From Ruminococcus sp. (GTDB taxonomy: Bacteria; Bacillota; Clostridia; Oscillospirales; Ruminococcaceae), in the NCBI GenBank assembly GCA_045627145.1, contig JAZQND010000121.1, positions 24,507 through 88,506 on the forward strand: a stretch of 64,000 bases of DNA. Direction: 5' to 3'. Numbering within the stretch: the first letter of the stretch is position 1; each line of letters begins with the position of its first letter. The position numbers and the translations under genes were made by a program. Of this stretch, positions 39,112 to 48,022 are shown one piece after another. Below the pieces are notes generated by a model that saw only the letters and a program-made list of their open reading frames with translations, was not told the DNA's origin and did no database searches.

Positions 39112-39345
39112 GTGATTGTTTACAAAAAAGTGCTTGAAAAGTTAAAGGACAAAGGTTACTCGTCATATGTCATTAAGCGTGACAGGCTTCTCCCGATGGC
39201 AACAATGCAAGCCATCCATGACGGCAAAGCCATCACGCTTACAACGCTTGACAAAATTTGCAAAATGACTGGTCTTCAGCCTGCGGACTTGATTGAATAT
39301 GTCCCAGACCCAATTGAAGATGAAGAAATTAAAGGGACGGTATAA
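39112..39345 (+). CDS. Cro/C1-type (XRE) HTH protein
   Basis: GGAGG RBS; TLDKICKMTGLQPADLIEY signature. Confidence 0.8.
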   Translation: MIVYKKVLEKLKDKGYSSYVIKRDRLLPMATMQAIHDGKAITLTTLDKICKMTGLQPADLIEYVPDPIEDEEIKGTV

Positions 39346-39358
39346 ACCGCCCCTCGTT

Positions 39359-39568
39359 TTATCTCACCACAGTGATACTCGTTTCAGTCCAGTCCCCATC
39401 CAAGTCTTTTATCCATTTCTTAGAACCGTCAGCCAAGAAAGCGATGCTCCCAATAGCTGTTTCTGTGGGGAGGGTGTCCAAATCAGCAGAGCTTTCAACC
39501 ATAAATACCTTATGGTTTTCTCCGTAGTTTTCACCGCACCCGCCCTGTTTAAGCAGAGCATAGCTCAT
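39359..39568 (-). CDS. Small phage hypothetical protein
   Basis: DLDTLP...GSIAF...DGDW motif. Confidence 0.6.
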   Translation of the reverse strand: MSYALLKQGGCGENYGENHKVFMVESSADLDTLPTETAIGSIAFLADGSKKWIKDLDGDWTETSITVVR

Positions 39569-39599
39569 ACCTATCACTCCTTTGAGTCAGTAAAAATAA

Positions 39600-39626
39600 G
39601 GGGTGCTTCAGAAAGTGAAGCACCCC
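39600..39626 (-). terminator. Intrinsic terminator
   Basis: GGGGTGCTTCA/TGAAGCACCCC stem. Confidence 0.7.
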
Positions 39627-39681
39627 ATTCTTGCATTGAAAATGTATTTTCAATGTCTAAAGCCTTCACATCAAATTAAAT

Positions 39682-40080
39682 TTAGGCTCGTTGTTTACCG
39701 AATTTGTTCGATTTCCTTGCGTTAGGCTTTTCACGTTTTTCACCAACAACCTCATCGGGCTGTTCAGCGACATCTTCGTTTTCGATTTTGATTTCTTCCT
39801 TGGGTTTACCATCTTGCAAGATTTCCATGAGCTGTCCCTTTGCAGGCTCGGGGTAGTTCACCATTTCCTCAACGTCAACAAGAGACACAATGTAATCTTT
39901 TGCCTGTTCTTTGGTAATAGAGCCATCAGAATACTGGCACAAGACTGTGTATACTTGGAAGTGTTCGGGCTTGCAAGCAACCGCTCGCCACATAATCATG
40001 TCCTTGCGGTCACATGCGTTACAGGCAAAATATCCAGTACCGCAGACCTTGCACCAGTGGTTAATTTCTTTATTCATCAA
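39682..40080 (-). CDS. Hypothetical protein with Cys motif, after major tail gene
   Basis: CKVCG..CNAC..WRAVAC. Confidence 0.65.
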   Translation of the reverse strand: MMNKEINHWCKVCGTGYFACNACDRKDMIMWRAVACKPEHFQVYTVLCQYSDGSITKEQAKDYIVSLVDVEEMVNYPEPAKGQLMEILQDGKPKEEIKIENEDVAEQPDEVVGEKREKPNARKSNKFGKQRA

Positions 40081-40892
40081 GCTTCGGGAACATAGATGGT
40101 GAACAGAGTCTTATCGGCGTTGCAGTATTCCTGCATGGCCTTAATGGTGAAGGGATGCTTACCATCGGTAGCGAAGGTAACATCAAAGTCAGACATCAGT
40201 TTCGCCTGCGGGAACACGATGTAGGCATAATACTTGGTAGAGATATCACAAGTATCAGCACCAAGAACCTCCATGATGAACTTGCCAGCGGTCGGGAAGT
40301 TCTTCGCATCGTTGGTGACGGCAACAGCACCGAGGTCGGTAGTACCGTCAGCAGTGTAGTAGTACACGCACCAAGCCTTTTCGGCAGTGGTCACATCGGT
40401 GGGCGGGGTAATCTTCTTGGTGGAAGCGTTCACCTTGAACTTACCTTCGGCGGCAGAGGCGGCGGCTTCATACTTCTTGCCAAGAGTACCATCGCCGTTC
40501 AGCTTATAGATGAAGGCTACTTCAGCACCGGAAGTGCCAACGGGAGTATAGTCAAGGGTAACATCAGTGCCAGTGACCCAAGTAAATTCTTGGAAGTGAG
40601 GCACGAGGATAGTGTTGGTGGTGGAAGCAACCTTCTTCTGACCACCGGACTGAGCGGCAAGCAGGCCAAAGTCAATCAGAGAGTTGCTTGCGGAGAACTC
40701 AGCGTTCTTCGCACGTTCAAAGGTCATGATAGGTACGCCGATAGCGTCAACAGCGTCAGTGCTGTCGGCATTGACGGTAATCTGAGGGTCTTCAATCTGA
40801 TTGATAGCCCACAGCACGGAGTCATCGGCAGTGGACAGCATAGTACCACGCAGAACACGGTCAATAACAAAGTTATTCACATCAAAAGCCAT
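40077..40892 (-). CDS. Major tail protein
   Basis: Position, size and highly biased codon usage; AGGAGG RBS. Confidence 0.75.
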   Translation of the reverse strand: MAFDVNNFVIDRVLRGTMLSTADDSVLWAINQIEDPQITVNADSTDAVDAIGVPIMTFERAKNAEFSASNSLIDFGLLAAQSGGQKKVASTTNTILVPHFQEFTWVTGTDVTLDYTPVGTSGAEVAFIYKLNGDGTLGKKYEAAASAAEGKFKVNASTKKITPPTDVTTAEKAWCVYYYTADGTTDLGAVAVTNDAKNFPTAGKFIMEVLGADTCDISTKYYAYIVFPQAKLMSDFDVTFATDGKHPFTIKAMQEYCNADKTLFTIYVPEA

Positions 40893-40915
40893 ATTCGTTT
40901 CCTCCTTTTTGTTTG

Positions 40916-41677
40916 TCACTTGATTGTATACAAATCACGTGACCAGTCGATTGATTTTTTATCAACCTTACTCATATCAACACGCCCTGCGTATGCACCT
41001 TGAAGTAGCAAGTTCGACGTATTGATTGCAGAAATTCGTGCAACAGAATCCATAAACGGGAACAGCGGCATACTTCTGACTTCATACAAATTGTACTTAA
41101 ACCCAGCACTGTTGACCATCGCTGATATGAGAGGCATCAGCGTAGATTTCCACTGCTTCTGAGCGTTCAGTTTCTTCCTTTGTCTGTCATCATCAATCAA
41201 TATCCGTTTTGTCATGGGGTTTCCCGCAAATTCGGGTTTCTTCTTGATTCCGTGTAGCGTAGTCAAGAACCCCTGTATCATCATGTATATCCGTTTATCT
41301 ATTCGTAACCCGCTCTCTGCGTCATAAAGCACAAGTTCATCGTTGTCTTTTTGCTTATACAGCTTGAGCTTTGTCAAGTCCAAATCGCCAAAGATAATTG
41401 CAGTTTTCTCGGGCGGCATTGTGCATGTCATCATATGGAACATCTCAAGGTCAGATAGCTGTTCGTAGTCAATCCCTTTGTCCTCAAGCTCCGGTTTGAA
41501 ATCAGACGGGATTGCTGTCAAGCTTGAGATAAAAACCCAGTATTCCTTCTCGCCGTATTCAATGATGTCACCCAAACTTGGGTGTTTTAACGTTATCTTG
41601 TCATTGATAATATACGGGTCACCGAAGTAAATACGCAGATAATCCACATCAGTGGTATTGTTCGCTATGATATTCAT
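40916..41677 (-). CDS. Tail-morphogenesis hypothetical protein
   Basis: Position between neck and major tail genes. Confidence 0.55.
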   Translation of the reverse strand: MNIIANNTTDVDYLRIYFGDPYIINDKITLKHPSLGDIIEYGEKEYWVFISSLTAIPSDFKPELEDKGIDYEQLSDLEMFHMMTCTMPPEKTAIIFGDLDLTKLKLYKQKDNDELVLYDAESGLRIDKRIYMMIQGFLTTLHGIKKKPEFAGNPMTKRILIDDDRQRKKLNAQKQWKSTLMPLISAMVNSAGFKYNLYEVRSMPLFPFMDSVARISAINTSNLLLQGAYAGRVDMSKVDKKSIDWSRDLYTIK

Positions 41678-42147
41678 TGTAACGTCTCACAGTGCCTATT
41701 CCAGTCTTCGACCGTGTAGACAAGCATACGCCCACGGAATGATTCGGAAAACTGCATACGTGGACTCGGTTTACGTTCAAGCCTACCGAATCCAAAGTCC
41801 GTCCGTCCATTCAGCAGTTCGTCAACACGCTGACAGATTGCATCCCTGCGAATCTTGCCATCCATCGACATAAGGCTTTTCGGCACGGCAACGTATACAT
41901 ACAGGTTGAATCTCGTCACAGCGCAGTTAACAACTTGCTCGGGGTCAACCTCAACGCATACAAACACTTTATCGTCCTTCACAGTAGAATCAACGTAATC
42001 ATACAAAAAGCACTGCTTCTCAAACAGGTCAGAAGCAGGCAGTACATGATTCTTATCATTGGCAACAAGCTCAACAAATTCCTTGTCTCTCAAAAACGTA
42101 TTGATAACATTTCTTTTGTAGTCTGTCAAAGATGACAGATGCGGCAT
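41674..42147 (-). CDS. Tail completion/terminator-like protein
   Basis: Position and size; FGFGRL motif. Confidence 0.5.
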   Translation of the reverse strand: MPHLSSLTDYKRNVINTFLRDKEFVELVANDKNHVLPASDLFEKQCFLYDYVDSTVKDDKVFVCVEVDPEQVVNCAVTRFNLYVYVAVPKSLMSMDGKIRRDAICQRVDELLNGRTDFGFGRLERKPSPRMQFSESFRGRMLVYTVEDWNRHCETLQ

Positions 42148-44057
42148 TATAATCCCCATCCTTTCGCATTGGTTTCCACAGAGTCCGTAAGCTCTTTCAA
42201 GCCACCCACAATACTGACGGACGCAAGTCTGTCAGCAGTTCTTTCTGTATGGATGATAAACTCCGTAGAATTGTCATAGTTCCAGTCGTATTTACGACCA
42301 AACCACCGACCGTTACGCACAGACGAACAAGCCCCGCTCGGCAAATCCGCACGTTGCCTGTAATATTCGTTAGCTGTTTCGTAATCAAGCTCGTCATACC
42401 ACGCCTCGCAAAGATACGGTTTACAGCGTCTGATTGCAGAATGTCCAGCATAAGCATCGTGATATATATCGTTTGTGTCTTCAAATCTCTCATCGTTGAC
42501 GGATATGATATATTCCTCTCCTGTCTCCTGCGCCTCAATCTTAGCCGTCCTTGCCTCCATGTCATAGATGACGCTATGCACACTTTGCCAAGTTTTTGCC
42601 GTACTACGTGAGCGTGTTCTGTAAGCGTCTCCCGCAAGTTCCATAATTTCGGCAAACTCGTCTGCACGACTTGCACATGTAAGTTCGCCGCCAACAAACT
42701 CCGTATACCACGGGGGGTCTGCGTGGTTGGGAGCTGTGCTGTACGCCCTTGTAAACCTCAAATGATTCATCAGCTCACGCATACCATCTTCTGTGCCTGC
42801 GTTTTCATATTCATTCACAATCAGATTATACCGTTCAAGGCCAGAGCCATAAGCCGTGATACCATTCGTAATCATGGCATTATGCGTCTCATCCTGCGTG
42901 GCGGGCGTATATACTGAGCCATCTTCGTTGAGCGTTACGCCGTCCAAGTGGAAGTTGGTCATATAGTTTGCCTCATGCACAACAGTAGTGTTGTTTACAA
43001 ATTCCACTACATATGTCTCATAGGCATCAGCAATCATGAAATGTACTTCATAATTCATGTCATGAAGTGCCTTCGGGAAATAAATCGTCATATGCTTGCG
43101 AATAAAGTTCGTTGCCTGCGTTGCTCCGGAACAGTGGTCAAGAACGTACCTCAATACCATCATCACGGACAGCTCGACCTCGCTGTTCTCAGACGGCAAT
43201 ACAACGGTATTCTCCCCCTTGTCAGAGGGAACAACGTTAACGCTACATACAAGCCCGAACTCATTGATTCCATCCAACACTTGGAAGGGTAGTATCTTGT
43301 AGATGAGTTCGTCCCCATCGTGTTCTTTCGCAACATAAGACAGCGAATGTTCTTCGTCAAACATCGTGTTGTCGGCAATCATGTTTTCAACATCGTCACT
43401 GTCACGCAATCTGTCTTCAACAAGCGTCCATCGGACAAGTCCGTGTCCACCGTAATTCCATGACTCCGCATCGACTTGACTGACTTTCCATGCCGTTGGA
43501 TGGGATGTGTTCCTGTCCATCAGCAGTCTGAAGTCGTTGTCAACCTTGATTGTTGACTCGTTATACGGCAAAAATATCAGCCGCTCAGACGAACCGAGCG
43601 TCATCATACTTCTCGCCGTTTCACCCGAATTGTACTGAGTTGCGTTCAACGTATGTACAGGATACTGTACTACATCGTTCGTATTGGGTACTTTGAAGTT
43701 CAGCATATACTTGCAATACTGCAAGTCACACTTTTCATAAACAGTATTGTTTTCAGCAAGTGATACGACAAGCCACCACTGATTATGAAAGTAGAGGTAA
43801 TCGCCGCATTGGTTTGTACCAATCGCAGACAAGACTGTTCTTTGGTCAGACCGTGTTTGCGTGTCTGCCGTCAAGTCCTGTATTAACATACGACTAACCA
43901 CTGGCGTATTCGTGATTCTGTCTCCGTAATTTGCTACCTCTGTGGCAAGAGATGTCCCAAGTACATCGTTTTCAAATGTTTGAGACTGCCACGACAAGTC
44001 TGACTCCTCATATCCTCCCAAGGTGGTCTTACGCATCAAATACCATTCTTGTGCCAT
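42147..44057 (-). CDS. Head-tail joining protein fused to a permuted choloylglycine-hydrolase-like (Ntn) domain
   Basis: N-terminal neck-type region to NMIADN; then DGINEFGL, HFMIAD, MTNF, ERY, SVIYD; then GACSS..GRKYDW. Confidence 0.7.
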   Translation of the reverse strand: MAQEWYLMRKTTLGGYEESDLSWQSQTFENDVLGTSLATEVANYGDRITNTPVVSRMLIQDLTADTQTRSDQRTVLSAIGTNQCGDYLYFHNQWWLVVSLAENNTVYEKCDLQYCKYMLNFKVPNTNDVVQYPVHTLNATQYNSGETARSMMTLGSSERLIFLPYNESTIKVDNDFRLLMDRNTSHPTAWKVSQVDAESWNYGGHGLVRWTLVEDRLRDSDDVENMIADNTMFDEEHSLSYVAKEHDGDELIYKILPFQVLDGINEFGLVCSVNVVPSDKGENTVVLPSENSEVELSVMMVLRYVLDHCSGATQATNFIRKHMTIYFPKALHDMNYEVHFMIADAYETYVVEFVNNTTVVHEANYMTNFHLDGVTLNEDGSVYTPATQDETHNAMITNGITAYGSGLERYNLIVNEYENAGTEDGMRELMNHLRFTRAYSTAPNHADPPWYTEFVGGELTCASRADEFAEIMELAGDAYRTRSRSTAKTWQSVHSVIYDMEARTAKIEAQETGEEYIISVNDERFEDTNDIYHDAYAGHSAIRRCKPYLCEAWYDELDYETANEYYRQRADLPSGACSSVRNGRWFGRKYDWNYDNSTEFIIHTERTADRLASVSIVGGLKELTDSVETNAKGWGL

Positions 44058-44070
44058 ACTACCACCCCGC

Positions 44071-44460
44071 TCAGTTAGAATAATATGATACCTTTTGCTT
44101 ATTGATGAAGTCTCTTGCACGTGCAAGCTCAGTCTCAAGTTCAGCCGCAGTGTATCGCTTCGTATCTCCGTTGCCGTTCAACTGAACGTCCTTCGTATAC
44201 AGATTGTTGATTTTGTTCACACGGCTCAACTCACGTTCGCAATACCGAACCTTCATCAGATAGGCCAAGGTCATCACAACCCCAGCGGGAGGCTCTTTGG
44301 TGAACTCATTTGTCGATGTGTCAAAATCAAGCGAGCTTATTTCCATCTCGTATTCAGCAAGAGCGTCAGCAAACCATCTGTTTTCAAGCCCTTCGGGAAT
44401 GACAACTTGGTCTGCGAATAGGCTCTCAAAGCTTGAGATTACATCTCCCCTGTTCGCCAT
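44071..44460 (-). CDS. Head-tail adaptor-like protein
   Basis: Position after capsid genes, 129 aa. Confidence 0.55.
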   Translation of the reverse strand: MANRGDVISSFESLFADQVVIPEGLENRWFADALAEYEMEISSLDFDTSTNEFTKEPPAGVVMTLAYLMKVRYCERELSRVNKINNLYTKDVQLNGNGDTKRYTAAELETELARARDFINKQKVSYYSN

Positions 44461-44488
44461 TCAATCACCTCCCGTTAAAAATACATTT

Positions 44489-44947
44489 TCACTCAATACG
44501 TGTCCCAACGTATTCTTCAACAAAGCGAATCTTCCTGTAATCATTCACATTCGCCTTCTTGATGTAGTCAATCAGAATGAACTTCTCAAAATGTTCAACG
44601 ACAGACTCACGAATTGCACGTTCAAAATCGCCTTGACGCTTGTACTCAAAAATGCGTTTCAACTTTTCTTCGTCAAGAAGGTTCTGCTTTTCTTTCCCGT
44701 CTTCGCTGTCAAATCCAAGTTCCTTACGAATAGCCTCATCTTCGATATAGATGCGGGCATGGCTACCCTTGCCATCACGACCAATGAACAAAGTGTTATT
44801 TGAGTAGCACTGAGCCTTCACTTCATGCTCGTCAATGTATACTTTCGCATTGGGTTGGATAGTAATATCTCCAATCGAATTTTTACGCTGAAAGCTTACC
44901 TCCCACGGGGCTAAATTTCTACATACAATTCTCGTGTTCTCAGCCAT
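44489..44947 (-). CDS. Conserved head-region hypothetical protein
   Basis: GKGSHARIYI motif; follows capsid gene. Confidence 0.6.
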   Translation of the reverse strand: MAENTRIVCRNLAPWEVSFQRKNSIGDITIQPNAKVYIDEHEVKAQCYSNNTLFIGRDGKGSHARIYIEDEAIRKELGFDSEDGKEKQNLLDEEKLKRIFEYKRQGDFERAIRESVVEHFEKFILIDYIKKANVNDYRKIRFVEEYVGTRIE

Positions 44948-45149
44948 TTTCCATTTCCTCCATGTGCTTTTGTTTGAAATCTTCCCATCCGCTCAACGCT
45001 TTTTCAAGGCGTTCTCCCCTCGCAAAAACAAAGTACGGCGACTTGCTCTTGGCGTTATATCCCTCACGCTCATAAGAGATACCACACGCCTTCAGATAGT
45101 GCATCAGCAAGGGGGAGTAACAATAGAACATATCTTTCTGCTTTTCCAT
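44940..45149 (-). CDS. Small hypothetical protein
   Basis: FYCYSPLLMHYL motif, RBS. Confidence 0.6.
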   Translation of the reverse strand: MEKQKDMFYCYSPLLMHYLKACGISYEREGYNAKSKSPYFVFARGERLEKALSGWEDFKQKHMEEMENG

Positions 45150-45165
45150 ATAGTTTTTACCTCAC

Positions 45166-45197
45166 AAAAAATAGAGGGGCGGTATAACCAGCCCCTC
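45166..45197 (-). terminator. Terminator after major capsid gene
   Basis: GAGGGGC/GCCCCTC stem plus T run on the minus strand. Confidence 0.7.
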
Positions 45198-45207
45198 AAG
45201 TTAATCA

Positions 45208-46305
45208 TCAAATCACGAAATCAGTAGCGGGAGACAGGTTGGTGTCATTCAGCAGACCGATTTCAAATTCACGGCCCTTAGCAACGTCAGCCGCAACTTC
45301 AAGGTCGAAGCGGGTCAGAATCTTGCCAGTGGCAGGGTCGTTACCAGTCATGGAAGTCAGACCGCCACGAGTCCAAGTCATGATGGGGCTGTCAACGCCA
45401 GCGGGCAGGACGAACAGCAGACCTTCGGGCAGATAGGTCTTGAAGTTTGCGGGGTTGCCAGCGGTACGGGTGAGGTCAAAGGCGTTTTCAAGTTCCTTGA
45501 CGGCAGAACCCTTATACATGCCGAGCAGACCATTCTTGCGAATTTCCTCCATAGCGGCATCAGAGATACCGAAGTGAGTACCATCGTCCCAGCCAGCAAA
45601 GTTGTTAATCTGAGACACGACAGAGTAGTCACCAACGATAGAGGTCTTGCCAAAGCGGCGAACGTTCTTCACGATATTATCAAGAGCCGCCTGCGTAATG
45701 CCAGCACCCTCGGCCCAATACTTCACGCCAGTAGCGTTCTTAATGGCGTTGTACACAACCTTCACAATGTACATGGAAGCCTTATTGCGGATGTCACGGC
45801 GAACCTGTTCCATGCCTTCGTTTTCACGCTGGGCATCACCGTTGGCAAGCGCACGGTAGTCAACAGCATAACCACCGGAGACGGTAACGGGAGCAACAGG
45901 GTAGATGGTCTTTTCGATTCCGGGGAATACGACATCGCCGCCATTAGCTTGGAAGCGAGACTTGTCACCCGCATGGGTATGCACTTCACGCTCAATGCTG
46001 TCACCCCAAGCCAGAGGCTTATAAGTGCCAAACAGACCCATCAGCTTGATTTCTTCCATCAGCAGGGGTTCAATGGTAAAGCGGCGAAGGGCGTTCAGCT
46101 CAGAAGCGGCGTGGGAATCACCCTCGGAAGCTCTCTGAGCCATGTCCTTAATCGCCGCAACCGCCTTGTCATTCACGTTGGTCTTACCGTTCGCAAGAGC
46201 GGAGAAAGTTTCAACGATAACAGAGTCCTTCTTAGTCACACGACCGTTGCCAAAGTCGCTATCACGGCGTACATTGTTCAGTTCGATAGTCATATTGTCA
46301 GCCAT
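45208..46305 (-). CDS. Major capsid protein
   Basis: Size, position after scaffold/decoration genes, strong codon bias, AGGAGG RBS. Confidence 0.8.
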   Translation of the reverse strand: MADNMTIELNNVRRDSDFGNGRVTKKDSVIVETFSALANGKTNVNDKAVAAIKDMAQRASEGDSHAASELNALRRFTIEPLLMEEIKLMGLFGTYKPLAWGDSIEREVHTHAGDKSRFQANGGDVVFPGIEKTIYPVAPVTVSGGYAVDYRALANGDAQRENEGMEQVRRDIRNKASMYIVKVVYNAIKNATGVKYWAEGAGITQAALDNIVKNVRRFGKTSIVGDYSVVSQINNFAGWDDGTHFGISDAAMEEIRKNGLLGMYKGSAVKELENAFDLTRTAGNPANFKTYLPEGLLFVLPAGVDSPIMTWTRGGLTSMTGNDPATGKILTRFDLEVAADVAKGREFEIGLLNDTNLSPATDFVI

Positions 46306-46343
46306 AGTCATTTTCCTCCTTTTGAAAATACATTTTCAATCAA

Positions 46344-46829
46344 TCAGCTACCCACCACAGGCTGAGTGTCTTGGTCAACGGTAGAAACCTGTACACGGAC
46401 GGCGTTCTTCGTACCGTACTGCATCTTTTCAAGAACAGTCACGTACACAGCATATCCGGTCAGAGTAGTTTCAACGGCAAACTTTCCGTAAGTGTCAGCA
46501 ACCATAGTATCGCCAGCATCAATAGAGGCGAAGGTGGTAGTCAGATTGTCCTCGGTCACAATCAGATTGCGATGGTCAAATTCCTTCAGCAGAATAGCGT
46601 TCACCTTTTCGCCCTTTTTAATAGTGGCATCGGTGTAGCGTTCATCGCCAGTGTGTTCGTTCATGGCGAACCACAAATCCGCAGTCTTTGCGGTAGAGGC
46701 GGTAGGAGCGGCAGTCTTATGGTTAGAGTCAATCGTGAACACATAACCATTGGGGATTTCCGCATGAGCCACAACGGTGGGGTCATTCTTGATGTACTTA
46801 AACATACCGATAGTTTCAAGCTTAATCAT
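46344..46829 (-). CDS. Head decoration-like protein
   Basis: Between scaffold and capsid genes, strong codon bias. Confidence 0.6.
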   Translation of the reverse strand: MIKLETIGMFKYIKNDPTVVAHAEIPNGYVFTIDSNHKTAAPTASTAKTADLWFAMNEHTGDERYTDATIKKGEKVNAILLKEFDHRNLIVTEDNLTTTFASIDAGDTMVADTYGKFAVETTLTGYAVYVTVLEKMQYGTKNAVRVQVSTVDQDTQPVVGS

Positions 46830-46843
46830 ACTTGTGTTCCTCC

Positions 46844-48007
46844 TTAATTGAAGATATCGATTTCGCCGTCTTTACTGGCGGCATTGATTTCGCTGAAGAT
46901 GTCTTCCGGTTCTCCGTCATCTTCAGCGGAGTTGATTTCAGAGTTCTTCATTTCCTCAGCAGTACGCTTGCCGATTTCGATATAGATTCTATCGACAACA
47001 CTGTTGATTTCGCTGTTCATGGGGTCGGCCTCAAAAGCTTCCTTTTCACTCTGAGCATACGCAATCTGTTCATCCGTAAAGACGGACAAAGCGGAGTTCA
47101 GTTCACCAAGGCGTTCACGGGCGAGAGCTTCGCCAAGCTTCTTCTCAAGAGCGTTGCGTTCTTCGTACAGAGCGTCATACTTCTGATTCAGAGCTTCGTA
47201 CTCAGCCTTGACTTCATCAAGAGCCTTCTGAATAGCGACAGAACTTTCGATGGCTTCATTCTTTTCGTTTTCAAGCTGTGCCTTTTCGGCTTCAACCTTC
47301 TTCACTTCTTCCTTGCAGGCGTTCGTTTCGTCAATACGATTCACAATATCCTGCAAAGCGTTTTTCAGTTCTTCATTCATAGCTTCATTTACCTCACTTT
47401 CTGATTTATTTAGTTCAAGAATCGTGGCGGTTTGGTCTGCTGGGCGAACACCAAGCAAAGAGTATCCAGAATAGTCAAAGATGGTCGGAATACGCCCTTC
47501 CTCCACCTTTCCGTTCAGATACACGATGCCTTCACGGTCAACACACTTTGAAATCTCAACACTGCCATGTGGGGCATCCCCGTTGGCAATCTGTTCTTCA
47601 AGATATTTCACAAAGTTGTTGCAACGCATTTGGTCAATTGTTCCTTCTCCAATAACAACCTTTTTGACAACGCCATCAATTTCCACGTCGGCAATATAAC
47701 CTTTGTCAAAATTACCAACGATTGTTGCGTTATCAAACACGGGCAAATCACCGTCATAACCCGTATCTCCATGACCAAGCAATTCATCCTGCTGTTCAGC
47801 GTCAGCAAATTCACACGTGAGGCTCATCCCCTTAATCGTGTCAATATTGTTTTCGCAGTATTCAGCAATCCAGCAAATGCCGTTATCGTTAAATTGCGTT
47901 CCGACCTTATCGACAACGCAACTGTCCGGATAGACTTCATGCAGAATCATTTTGAAGGGTCTACGCCCGTTCTTTCTCTTTCTGCCGTTCAATTCAAACA
48001 TTTTCAT
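46844..48007 (-). CDS. Prohead protease/scaffold protein
   Basis: LGHG, GSVEI motifs; acidic coiled-coil C-terminus. Confidence 0.7.
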   Translation of the reverse strand: MKMFELNGRKRKNGRRPFKMILHEVYPDSCVVDKVGTQFNDNGICWIAEYCENNIDTIKGMSLTCEFADAEQQDELLGHGDTGYDGDLPVFDNATIVGNFDKGYIADVEIDGVVKKVVIGEGTIDQMRCNNFVKYLEEQIANGDAPHGSVEISKCVDREGIVYLNGKVEEGRIPTIFDYSGYSLLGVRPADQTATILELNKSESEVNEAMNEELKNALQDIVNRIDETNACKEEVKKVEAEKAQLENEKNEAIESSVAIQKALDEVKAEYEALNQKYDALYEERNALEKKLGEALARERLGELNSALSVFTDEQIAYAQSEKEAFEADPMNSEINSVVDRIYIEIGKRTAEEMKNSEINSAEDDGEPEDIFSEINAASKDGEIDIFN

Positions 48008-48022
48008 ACTAATTCACCTCCT

